From: an uncultured Verrucomicrobiota bacterium
Lineage (GTDB): Bacteria > Verrucomicrobiota > Kiritimatiellia > RFP12 > UBA1067
NCBI GenBank assembly: GCA_945834475.1
Contig: CAMAHK010000004.1
Coordinates: 1 to 60,763 of the forward strand
Length of the DNA: 60,763 nt
Reading direction: 5' to 3'
Part shown: positions 43,620 through 52,289 of the stretch, one piece after another
How the letters are laid out: each line of letters opens with the position of its first letter
How positions within the stretch are numbered: the stretch's first letter is position 1
The notes under the pieces: generated by a model
Database searches by the model: none
Told to the model about the DNA's origin: nothing
What the model saw: the letters and a program-made list of their open reading frames with translations, nothing else
Made by a program: the position numbers and the translations under genes

Positions 43620-46445
43620 ATGAAAATGAAATCAGAGACAGTGAAGGCGCTTGGTGCGCTTTGGGGAATTTGCGTGGCGACGGGCGTGTGGGCGGCGGTC
43701 GCATTCGAGCAGATGCCGACGGGCGTCGTGATTCGGCAGGGCGACATTCGCCGGACGCTTGAATTCTATGGTCCTCAGACGGTTCGCGTGAAGACCGATC
43801 TTGGTCGCGACCACTGGCAGCATCCCTCGTTGGCCGTCATTGCGAAGCCTGAGGTCGTCGCCTATGACGTGAGCGAGACGCCCGAGGCGTTCCTCGTGCG
43901 GGGGCCGGCCTTTACGGTGCGCGTCGACCGTGCGCACGGTTCGCTCAGCTTTGTCTCGGGTGGAAAGACGCTGCTGGCCGAAGCGGCCGAGGCTGTGACG
44001 CTAGCGGAAAAGGACATCGACGGCGCGCCGACGTACGAGGTGACGCAGCGTTGGACGCCGGCCGATGACGAGGGTCTCTACGGTCTCGGCCAGGCGGCCT
44101 CTGGCAAGTTCAATTTGCGAGGCCAGCGCATTCACATCGTCCAGACGAACATTCCCGCGTTCTCGCCCGTGTGGTCGAGTTCAAAGGGCTACATGATTCT
44201 CTGGGACGTCTATTCGCAGTCGGTCTTTCAGGATACGGCGGCCGGCCTCTCGCTTTGGAGCGAGTCCGCGCCCGGCGGCAGCGACTATTACTTCATGTAC
44301 GGCGAAGATCCCGATCGGCGTTTTGCCGAATACCGCAAGCTGACGGGCGCGGCGACGATGTTCCCGAAGGCGACGTTCGGCTTCTTTCAGTCGAAGGAGC
44401 GCTACAAGTCGGCGCAGGAGCTGATCGATATCGTCACACGCTTCCGCAGCGATGGCTTTCCGATCGATTGGATCGTCCAGGACTGGCAGTACTGGGACGC
44501 GCGCCACGAGCGTTGGAACGCGATGCAGTGGGACAAGTCGCGCTATCCCGATCCGAAAGGACTTTGCGACAAGCTTCATAACGACCTGCACGTGAAGCTC
44601 ATCACGTCCATCTGGCCCGATGTCGGCGACGATACGGACGTTGCGCGCGAACTCGACGCGCACAAATTGCGCTATGCGCCCGGCCACTGGATCTCGAAGG
44701 GACGCTCCCATGTCTACGACGCCTACTCGAAACTTGGGCGTGAAATCTACTTCCGTCACCTCAAGAAGGGTCTTATTGATGTCGGCGTGGACGCGATGTG
44801 GATGGACGGGTCGGAGCTAGAGACGCAGGACGCGTGTCACAACGCGAAGAAGATGGTCGAGCAGATCAAGGCCTGCGGACGCAACGAGATGGGGGATTTC
44901 ACGCGCTACCTCAACACCTACGGCCTCGTCACGACGATGGGCAACTACGAAGGCCAGCGCGCGACGAGCGAGAAGCGCACGTTCACGCTGACGCGTACGG
45001 CCTGGGCGGGACTCCAACGCTATGCGGCGATCCCGTGGAGCGGTGACACCGGAGCGAGCTGGGGGCGTCTCAAGGACGAGATCGCGGGCGGTCTTGGCGC
45101 GTCGATGAGCGGACTCGCCTATTGGACGCAGGATACGGGCGGATTCTTCTGCGGACATTACAAGGATGCGATGAACAATCCTGAGTACCTCGAGCTGCTC
45201 GCGCGTTGGAACCAGTTCGCGATCTTCAATCCGATCTATCGCTGGCACGTTTCGAGTCCCGTCGCGAAGGAACCGTTCCGGGCGCGAGAGCGTCATCCCG
45301 AGTACTATGAGTCGTTCCTTGCGGCGGCGAAGTTTCGCTACCGGCTCCTCCCCTACATCTACTCGCTGGCCCGTGACGTCCACGAGACGGGGCGCCCGTT
45401 CGTGCGTCCGGCGTGGATCGACTTCCCGGCGACGCCGGGTGTGACGGATGACCAGACGTCGGTTGTGTTCGGTCCCTCGCTTTTCACATCGGTCATTACG
45501 CGTCCGATCTATACGGCAAACCTGTCGGTGGCGGGCTCCCCCGTGCCTGCGCAGATGCTGACGACGCCGGAGGGTGCGGCGGGCGTGAAGGTCGAGTATT
45601 TCAGGGGACAGGACCTCAAGGACAAGGTCTCCGAGACGGTCGTCGCCCAGGTGAACGACACGTTCCCCGGCCCCCCGCTTGTTGAATGGCCCGAAGGCCT
45701 GACGGGCGGCGACAACTTCTCGGCCCGCTATACGGGAAAGCTGACGATTGCCGACGCCGGCGAGTACGACCTCGGTATCGAGGCGGACGACGGTTTTGCG
45801 CTTTGGCTCGACGGCGAGGAGAAGTTCCGCGACTGGGCGAAGACGGCGGCGCGCAGCAGGGCGACGCGAGTGACGGTTCCGCAAGGGGGCCGGACGCTTG
45901 ACTTCCGCATCGACTACTTCAACGACAAGTTCGCGCGCTCGGTCAAGTTCTGGCTTCGTTCTCCGGAGGATGTCGCCAAGGCCGAACAGGAGAATCGCCT
46001 TGTAGAGGTTCGTCTGCCGGTCGGCGCCGACTGGTACGACTTCCGCACGGGCGAGCGTTTTGCGGGCGGGATGATGCTCAAGCGTGAGTATCTGATCGAC
46101 ACATTCCCGTTGTTCGTGAAGGCGGGCTCGATCCTGCCGCTCGGTCCGGACGTCACCTACGCGACGGAGAAGACGGACGAGCCGACGGAGCTCAGGGTCT
46201 ATCCCGGTGCCGACGCGCACTTCACCCTCTATGCCGACGACAACGAGACCTATGCCTACGAGCGCGGGGAGTTCGAGAAGATTCCGCTGGCCTGGGACGA
46301 TGCGGCGAAGACCCTGACGATCGGGGCGCGCGAAGGCGATTATCCGGGTTGTGAGAAAGTGCGTCAGTTCCGCGTTTCCTGCCAGGGCGTATCCCGCCTC
46401 GTTCGGTACGATGGGACGGCGCAGACGATTCGTTGTAATTTCTGA
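43620..46445 (+). CDS. GH31 glycoside hydrolase (alpha-xylosidase/alpha-glucosidase-like) with PA14 insertion
   Basis: VDAMWMDGSE (nucleophile region), IPWSGDTGASW, and PA14-like GVKVEYFRGQDL..FSARYTGKLTIADAGEYDLGIEADDGFALWLDGEEKF. Confidence 0.85.
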   Translation: MKMKSETVKALGALWGICVATGVWAAVAFEQMPTGVVIRQGDIRRTLEFYGPQTVRVKTDLGRDHWQHPSLAVIAKPEVVAYDVSETPEAFLVRGPAFTVRVDRAHGSLSFVSGGKTLLAEAAEAVTLAEKDIDGAPTYEVTQRWTPADDEGLYGLGQAASGKFNLRGQRIHIVQTNIPAFSPVWSSSKGYMILWDVYSQSVFQDTAAGLSLWSESAPGGSDYYFMYGEDPDRRFAEYRKLTGAATMFPKATFGFFQSKERYKSAQELIDIVTRFRSDGFPIDWIVQDWQYWDARHERWNAMQWDKSRYPDPKGLCDKLHNDLHVKLITSIWPDVGDDTDVARELDAHKLRYAPGHWISKGRSHVYDAYSKLGREIYFRHLKKGLIDVGVDAMWMDGSELETQDACHNAKKMVEQIKACGRNEMGDFTRYLNTYGLVTTMGNYEGQRATSEKRTFTLTRTAWAGLQRYAAIPWSGDTGASWGRLKDEIAGGLGASMSGLAYWTQDTGGFFCGHYKDAMNNPEYLELLARWNQFAIFNPIYRWHVSSPVAKEPFRARERHPEYYESFLAAAKFRYRLLPYIYSLARDVHETGRPFVRPAWIDFPATPGVTDDQTSVVFGPSLFTSVITRPIYTANLSVAGSPVPAQMLTTPEGAAGVKVEYFRGQDLKDKVSETVVAQVNDTFPGPPLVEWPEGLTGGDNFSARYTGKLTIADAGEYDLGIEADDGFALWLDGEEKFRDWAKTAARSRATRVTVPQGGRTLDFRIDYFNDKFARSVKFWLRSPEDVAKAEQENRLVEVRLPVGADWYDFRTGERFAGGMMLKREYLIDTFPLFVKAGSILPLGPDVTYATEKTDEPTELRVYPGADAHFTLYADDNETYAYERGEFEKIPLAWDDAAKTLTIGAREGDYPGCEKVRQFRVSCQGVSRLVRYDGTAQTIRCNF

Positions 46446-46485
46446 CAAAAGGGTGATTCCGTGTTCTTCGCAGATTTGGTAATAT
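46446..46485 (+). promoter_or_regulatory. Promoter (box + N22 + TGgTAATAT)
   Basis: CAAAAGGGTGAT (46446-46457) and TAATAT (46480-46485). ATG 46493 follows after 7 nt. Confidence 0.5.
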
Positions 46486-46492
46486 TTGGAGC

Positions 46493-49400
46493 ATGAGAAC
46501 TTCAATACTGAATCTGGTGGCGGTCCTGGGGGCCTTGGCGGCCTCGGCGGCTGTGACGGAACTCCCCAACGGCGGCGTGTGGAATGATACGGATGGCGTG
46601 ATGATCAACGCCCATGGCGGCGCCCTGATGCGGGACGGCGACACGTGGTACTGGTACGGTGAGCACAAGACGGCCGGCGGCGCGGGCAACAAGGCCTGGG
46701 TCGGCGTCAGCTGCTATTCGTCGACGAATCTCCTCGACTGGGTCAACGAGGGGACGGCCTTCAAGGTTGCGTCGGCGGACGAGGTGAAGGCGAATCCGAA
46801 GCTGGCCGACGTCGAGGCGGGCTGCATCCTGGAACGTCCCAAGGTCGTCAAGGCGCAGGACGGTTCGCGTTATGTCATGTACTTCCATCTTGAACCGAAG
46901 GGACAGGGTTACAGTGGCGCACAGACCGGCATCGCCGAGTCGGCGACGCCGACGGGGCCGTTTACGCTCGTCTGGAACGGACGCCCCAATGCGGGAGAGC
47001 GACCGGTCAACGGTTCCGATGACGATCCGCTTGAGTGGCGCGCTCCATGGGGCGGCATCGCCAAGCAGTGGCGCTTCCATCTGCCGGGCGGACAGATGAG
47101 CCGCGACATGACGCTCTACACCGACCCGAAGGACGGCACGGTCTATCACATTTTCGCGAGCGAGGACAACTCGTGCCTGCATCTCGCCGAGGTTCGTCCC
47201 GACGGCCTCGGCTACACGGGCAAGTGGGCGCGCCTCTCGCACGGCGAGTGGACGGAAGCCCCGGCTGTCGTCAAGCGTGGCGACTGGTACTTTCTTCTTG
47301 GTTCCGGGTGCACGGGATGGCGTCCCAACGCCGCGCGTTACTATCGCGCGAAGTCGATCTGGGGACCGTGGGAGCGGATGGGGAATCCCTGCCGCGGTGG
47401 GGTGAATCCCGAAATCACCTGGGGTGGACAGTCCACCGGCATCTTCGAGGTGAATGGCACGACTTTCGCGATGTTCGACCGGTGGCAGCCGAAGAACGCG
47501 ATCGACGGGCGCTACGTGTGGGTGCCGATCGCCTTCACCGATCGCGGAACGATGACGATTGACTGGCGCGAGACCTTCAAGCCGCAGCTCGCGGAGCCGT
47601 GGGAAGACGAATACGTGAGCGACGTGAACCGCCTCCCCGCCCGCACGCCGATCCATCCCCTTGACCCCCGCCACACTCTCAGCCTCGACGGCGACTGGTC
47701 CTTCCAATTAGTACCCGGCGTGACCTCACGCCGTGGCGCTGACAATCCCGCAGACACGCCCGCCGTCACGCTTCCCGTTCCGAGTTGCTGGCAGGTCGAG
47801 GGCGCGCGTCGCGGCCTCGACTGGGATCCGCCGCTTTACATCAATGTCAAATATCCGATCGCCTACGATCCGCCGCGTGTGACGACCGAGCCGGCGGATA
47901 AGAGCTGGACGAGCTTTAGGTTTCGCAATCCGCGCGGCATCTATCGGCGCCGCGTGACGCTCCCGTCGGATTGGGCGGGGCGCCGCGTGACCTTGCGTCT
48001 GAACGGCTATTCGAGCGCCGTCTACGTGCGCGTCGACGGCCGGACGATTGGCTACGGCGAGGACGGTCGGCTGCCGAACGAGTGGGATCTCACGCCCTCT
48101 CTCTCAACCTCAACCTTCGACCTCGAACTCGAGGTCCTCAAGCACTGCGACGGTACGTATCTCGAAGATCAGGACTTCTGGCGGATGAGCGGACTCTTCC
48201 GCTCGGTCGAGTTGATCAGCGAGGCGACGGCGGGACTCGTCGATTTCAATGTGAAGACGCGGGTTGAAGGCAAGACGGGTGTCGTCGGCATCGCGGCGAA
48301 AGGGGGTTCGCCTGTCTCGTGGAAGCTTTTTGATTTCCGGGGAGACGAACTCGGACGCGGTCTCGCCGGCGACGAGCTGACGGTGCCGAACGTGCAGCTC
48401 TGGAGCCCCGAAAAGCCGACGCTTTATCGCGTTCGCGTCGAGTGCGCGGGCGATGTCTACGAGAAGCGCTTCGGCTTCCGGACGGTGACGATCGAGGACG
48501 GCGTCCTCAAGCTCAACGGCGGACGCGTCGTCATTCACGGCGTCGACCGTCACGAGATGTCGGCCGAAGGCGGTTATGCGATGACGCGCGTGGAGATGAA
48601 GAGGGATGTCGAGCTCCTGAAGAAGTTCAACATCAACGCGGTGCGCACGTCGCATTATCCGAACGATCCGCATTGGTACGATCTCTGCGACGAACAAGGC
48701 ATCCTCGTCGTCGCCGAGGCGAACATCGAGTGCCACGGGTCGGGGCATCCGCTCAAGACGACGGCGCTCTCGCATGTCCCGAGCTGGCGCAAGAGCTTTG
48801 TCGAGCGCAATCTCAATCAGGTCGCCGTGCTTCGGGACCATCCGTCGATCATCACGTGGTCGCTCGGCAACGAAAGCGGGACTGGCGCGAATATGATCGC
48901 CGCGTATGAGGCGGTGAAGCTGGCGGACCCGACGCGTCCCTGCCAGTACGAGGGTGTGTTCAATCCCTATGCCAGGCAGGCGTTCGACGCCTACGGCAGC
49001 GATATCATCTGTCCCATGTACGAGACGCCGGAAAAGGTCGAGCGCGCGATGAAGAAGGGCTTCAAGCGTCCCTACATCCTCTGCGAGTACTCGCACGCGA
49101 TGGGCAACTCGAATGGCAATTTCGACGAGTACATGGCGCTCCTGGACAAGTATCCGTCGTTCCAGGGTGGCTTCATCTGGGACTTCGCCGACCAGGCGCT
49201 CCTCGTCAACGGACAGCTCAGGTACGGCGGAGACTTCGGGGACCGGCCGAACGACGGACACGGTCACTGCAACGGACTCTTCGACGCTCTCCGCAATCCT
49301 CACCCCGGCGCCTACGAAGTCGGCTACTGGTACGGGGGAAGGAAGAAGGTGGAGAAAGTAGGGGAAGGTGGAGATGATGATCAGGCTAATATCCAATGTC

Positions 49401-50110
49401 CACCTCCACCTCTTTCCTCCACCTCAATCCCTCCAACCTTCTCCCTCTCTTTCTGGCGGGCGCCGACGGACAATGATCGCGGGAACAAGTCGCCGCGGCG
49501 ACTGGACGTCTGGAGGAAGGCGACGGAGACGGGTGTGCTGCCCGAGGGCGTGACGACGAATCTTGTGGTGACGACGACCGAGAGGGGCTATGACGTCGAT
49601 TTCACGATGACGGTTCTCGAGGGACTTCCCGAGCTCCCGCGCGTCGGCCTTGTCTTCGAGGTGGCCGGCACGCCGGAGACGGTTGTCAGCTGGCACGGTG
49701 CGGGTCCGCACGAGAACTATTCGGACCGTCGCGCTTCCGCCCCGATCGGCGATTACGCGATGACCGTTGCCGAGCTCAACGATTCGCATTATGTTCGTCC
49801 TCAGGAGTGCGGGCACCGCCCGGCGACGGACCGCCTGCAGATCGGAAATCTCGTCCTTCGTCAACCGCAACCTTCAACCGCATCTCCCTTCGAATGGAAC
49901 GTCCAGCCTTGGACGGTCTTCGATCAGGAGAAGGCGCGTCATGCTGAGGAACTGCCGGCGCCGGATGGAAAGCTCCGCGTCTATGTCGACGCGGCGATGC
50001 GCGGCGTTGGCGGCGACGACAGCTGGGGCGCCGCCGTGCATGCGCCTTATCGCCTGGAGGGCGCGCGGATCTACCGGTTGCAATTCGCTCTGGCGTGTCC
50101 AAATGAGTGA
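46493..50110 (+). CDS. Fusion protein: GH43 (exo-beta-1,3-galactanase-like) N-terminal domain + GH2 beta-galactosidase
   Basis: The N-terminus has DTDGVMINAHGGALMRDGDTWYWYGEHK (GH43_24-like). The GH2 part has WSLGNESG (acid/base) and ILCEYSHAMGNS (nucleophile, compare LacZ ILCEYAHAMGNS). 1205 aa. Confidence 0.85.
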   Translation: MRTSILNLVAVLGALAASAAVTELPNGGVWNDTDGVMINAHGGALMRDGDTWYWYGEHKTAGGAGNKAWVGVSCYSSTNLLDWVNEGTAFKVASADEVKANPKLADVEAGCILERPKVVKAQDGSRYVMYFHLEPKGQGYSGAQTGIAESATPTGPFTLVWNGRPNAGERPVNGSDDDPLEWRAPWGGIAKQWRFHLPGGQMSRDMTLYTDPKDGTVYHIFASEDNSCLHLAEVRPDGLGYTGKWARLSHGEWTEAPAVVKRGDWYFLLGSGCTGWRPNAARYYRAKSIWGPWERMGNPCRGGVNPEITWGGQSTGIFEVNGTTFAMFDRWQPKNAIDGRYVWVPIAFTDRGTMTIDWRETFKPQLAEPWEDEYVSDVNRLPARTPIHPLDPRHTLSLDGDWSFQLVPGVTSRRGADNPADTPAVTLPVPSCWQVEGARRGLDWDPPLYINVKYPIAYDPPRVTTEPADKSWTSFRFRNPRGIYRRRVTLPSDWAGRRVTLRLNGYSSAVYVRVDGRTIGYGEDGRLPNEWDLTPSLSTSTFDLELEVLKHCDGTYLEDQDFWRMSGLFRSVELISEATAGLVDFNVKTRVEGKTGVVGIAAKGGSPVSWKLFDFRGDELGRGLAGDELTVPNVQLWSPEKPTLYRVRVECAGDVYEKRFGFRTVTIEDGVLKLNGGRVVIHGVDRHEMSAEGGYAMTRVEMKRDVELLKKFNINAVRTSHYPNDPHWYDLCDEQGILVVAEANIECHGSGHPLKTTALSHVPSWRKSFVERNLNQVAVLRDHPSIITWSLGNESGTGANMIAAYEAVKLADPTRPCQYEGVFNPYARQAFDAYGSDIICPMYETPEKVERAMKKGFKRPYILCEYSHAMGNSNGNFDEYMALLDKYPSFQGGFIWDFADQALLVNGQLRYGGDFGDRPNDGHGHCNGLFDALRNPHPGAYEVGYWYGGRKKVEKVGEGGDDDQANIQCPPPPLSSTSIPPTFSLSFWRAPTDNDRGNKSPRRLDVWRKATETGVLPEGVTTNLVVTTTERGYDVDFTMTVLEGLPELPRVGLVFEVAGTPETVVSWHGAGPHENYSDRRASAPIGDYAMTVAELNDSHYVRPQECGHRPATDRLQIGNLVLRQPQPSTASPFEWNVQPWTVFDQEKARHAEELPAPDGKLRVYVDAAMRGVGGDDSWGAAVHAPYRLEGARIYRLQFALACPNE
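47710..47740. repeat. REP element embedded in-frame in the GH43-GH2 CDS
   Basis: AGTACCCGGCGTGACCTCACGCCGTGGCGCT is translated as ..VPGVTSRRGA.. between WSFQL and ..LPVPSCWQ. Confidence 0.8.
49334..49453. repeat. Purine-arm / pyrimidine-arm imperfect inverted repeat inside the GH2 CDS
   Basis: GGGGGAAGGAAGAAGGTGGAGAAAGTAGGGGAAGGTGGAG..loop..CCACCTCCACCTCTTTCCTCCACCTCAATCCCTCCAACCTTCTCCCTCTCTTTC. It is lower in GC than its flanks and is translated as ..RKKVEKVGEGGDDDQANIQCPPPPLSSTSIPPTFSLS.. Confidence 0.45.
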
Positions 50111-50128
50111 TGCAGTTCTCGTTTCTTT

Positions 50129-50658
50129 ATGAAAACAGCACTTCTATTCCTTTCTCTTTGCGCCTCTCTTGCGGCAATCGCCGCAGAGCCTTCTCTTGAC
50201 CTGTGCGGACTTGCGCTCAACGGCGCAATGACAACGAATGTCGAGCGGCGCGTCTTCGCTCCGAGGATGCGACCGTGTGGTATTCGCTCGAGGATGCGTG
50301 TTACGAGGGACTCTGGACCGAGAATGTCGTCCGCGAGATTCCCGTCGGCACGCGGATCGGCCTTCCGATCACGGCGAAGCTGAAGGACGGCACGTACCGC
50401 TTCGTCTCCGAGGCGAATGTCGTCGACTACACCGACTCGTCCGTCGTCTATCGGGGCGAGGGACGCTTCGCCGTCCGCTACTACGCCGACGAAAAGGGCT
50501 TCGATCAGGAAGGTGTTGCCCACACGCCGTGGCGCGTCCTGGGCTCTTTTAAGGACTTGAACGCCCTCGCGACGAGCGACATCATCCGTCGGCTCTGTCC
50601 CGAACCTGCGCCTGACGTCGCGGCGCGCGCGGCGAAATTGAGGTTGACGGGAGTTTGA
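50129..50658 (+). pseudogene. GH97 N-terminal-domain remnant with a frameshift
   Basis: The signal peptide MKTALLFLSLCASLAAIAAEP is in one frame. From about 50260 a second frame carries ..ATVWYSLED..ITAKLKDGTYRFVSEANVVDYTDSSVVY..HTPWRVLGSFKDLNALATSDIIRRLCPEP, which is the end of GH97_N. No catalytic domain follows. Confidence 0.55.
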
Positions 50659-50685
50659 CTCTTGCGCCGCTTTCGTTGGCGATCC

Positions 50686-52164
50686 TTATCTTTCCTTGAG
50701 GTAGCGCGGCAGGAGATTCGCCGGAGCTGCTCCCCAGGCGTGGTTCCAGTCTTGGTTGCTTTTGGCTTTGAGCGACCATGCTTCCATTGTTATGGTTGAA
50801 CCCTGATCGATCATGCCGAGCCAGCTGCGCGGCCCGCGATCGGTGAGCAAGCGAATCGCTGCATCGCGACGCCCGTAGCGGAAGAGCGTCTCCAGATAGT
50901 ATTGGGCGAAATAGGGGCTGCAGGCCATGCCTTTCCTTTCAATGAAGCCGACGACCTTCGCTTGATGCTCCGCGGACACGAGATTTGCATAAAGGGCCAT
51001 GACGTTGGCATGCAGCGAATGGTGGGCGGTGCCTATGCCATCGCGATAAAGTCCCGCTTCGGCATCGAAGAAGGTTGTGTTGAAGATTGTTTTGAGTTGC
51101 AGCGCCGCTTCCGTAAAGCGCTTCGTGTCGTCAATCTTGCCGAGCGCCTGTGCGAGATCGGCCATCTGGCAGAGGTTTAAGTAGTAAAACGCGTTGACGA
51201 CGGCGTTAGCGGGCGTGTCCATCGCGTAGCCGTCGCGTTCGCCGAGAGGCCAGTCTACGAGGTCCGCCTTCGGATCGGCGGGAAGAAGCCCGTCCGGACG
51301 CGCGCGGTCCATCATCAGCTTCTCGCGCACCAGCTGGTCGTAGCACTCCGCGGCAAGTACGGTCTCGCCGGTGAAGTGCCAATCTTCCCAAACGCACAGA
51401 ATGGCGTGCTGCTTCCATTCGGTCGGCCAGGTGGGATAGGTGAGGACGTGGCGTATCGATTTGCGTGCGAGCGTCGGATCGCCATCGACGCCGTAGAGCT
51501 GGCCGAGCATATTGATATAGATGTCGCCTTCGTAAGGGATACGCTCACGGTCGCCGTCCACATAGACGCCGGCAAAACTCGTCGCGCGGATGGAATAGGT
51601 TGAGAAGGTGAAGAGTTCGTCGAGTGCCGCGCGCTGATCGGGTGTGAGGCCTGGGACCTTCTGTGCGGACCAATGGATCTTCTGCTCCATCGGCCAGGTG
51701 ATGGCGATGCGGCGGGCGTCGACACCCGCGGGGACCTCCGCATAGCGGAAGGGCAGGATGACGCCGACCTCCTGCGGCAGGCGGATGGCCCTCGCGGCAC
51801 CGTTGCGACCGGCGGTGTTGCGTTTGTCGGGCTTAAGCGGTACGCGCGTCCAGGCGGTTGCCTCCGTACAGGTCGCCTTTGTTGATGTCACGCGAATCGT
51901 TCCGCCCGGCTTGCGGTCGATCCGCCCGTCGCGCGCGAGCTTTTCACCGAGGACCACCTCGACGGTGCCTGTTGCGCCTTGGATCTCCAACCAACCGAAA
52001 GCGGCCAAACCGAAGTCGACGAGACGGGTGCCTGTTGCAAGCTCCGTTGTCTTCACGCACGATTGGATCTCGCCGATGGTGCCGTTGGCGAAGGTGAAGT
52101 CGGGTGCGGCGAAGTTCGCGGTTGCGAACGTGAGTGCGAGTGAGAGTGCAATGGATCGTTTCAT
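50686..52164 (-). CDS. GH78-like alpha-L-rhamnosidase (six-hairpin catalytic domain, short form)
   Basis: 492 aa with a signal peptide. It has ..DGDRERIPYEGD.., ..DLVDWPLGERDGY.. and ..STITMEAWS..DWNHAWGAAPANLL, typical of Bac_rhamnosid6H. Confidence 0.75.
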   Translation of the reverse strand: MKRSIALSLALTFATANFAAPDFTFANGTIGEIQSCVKTTELATGTRLVDFGLAAFGWLEIQGATGTVEVVLGEKLARDGRIDRKPGGTIRVTSTKATCTEATAWTRVPLKPDKRNTAGRNGAARAIRLPQEVGVILPFRYAEVPAGVDARRIAITWPMEQKIHWSAQKVPGLTPDQRAALDELFTFSTYSIRATSFAGVYVDGDRERIPYEGDIYINMLGQLYGVDGDPTLARKSIRHVLTYPTWPTEWKQHAILCVWEDWHFTGETVLAAECYDQLVREKLMMDRARPDGLLPADPKADLVDWPLGERDGYAMDTPANAVVNAFYYLNLCQMADLAQALGKIDDTKRFTEAALQLKTIFNTTFFDAEAGLYRDGIGTAHHSLHANVMALYANLVSAEHQAKVVGFIERKGMACSPYFAQYYLETLFRYGRRDAAIRLLTDRGPRSWLGMIDQGSTITMEAWSLKAKSNQDWNHAWGAAPANLLPRYLKER

Positions 52165-52240
52165 GGTGAATATTCTATCATAACGCGGTGGCGATGGACT
52201 CCAACGAAAGGGTGATGCGCTTACTGGGTCGTGTCTGACC

Positions 52241-52282
52241 CCCGATAGTGTGATTCAGTGTGGGGGCAAAATACTGTATACT
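52241..52282 (+). promoter_or_regulatory. Promoter (box + N22 + TATACT)
   Basis: CCCGATAGTGTGAT (52241-52254) and TATACT (52277-52282). ATG 52290 follows after 7 nt. Confidence 0.5.
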
Positions 52283-52289
52283 ACTCGGT

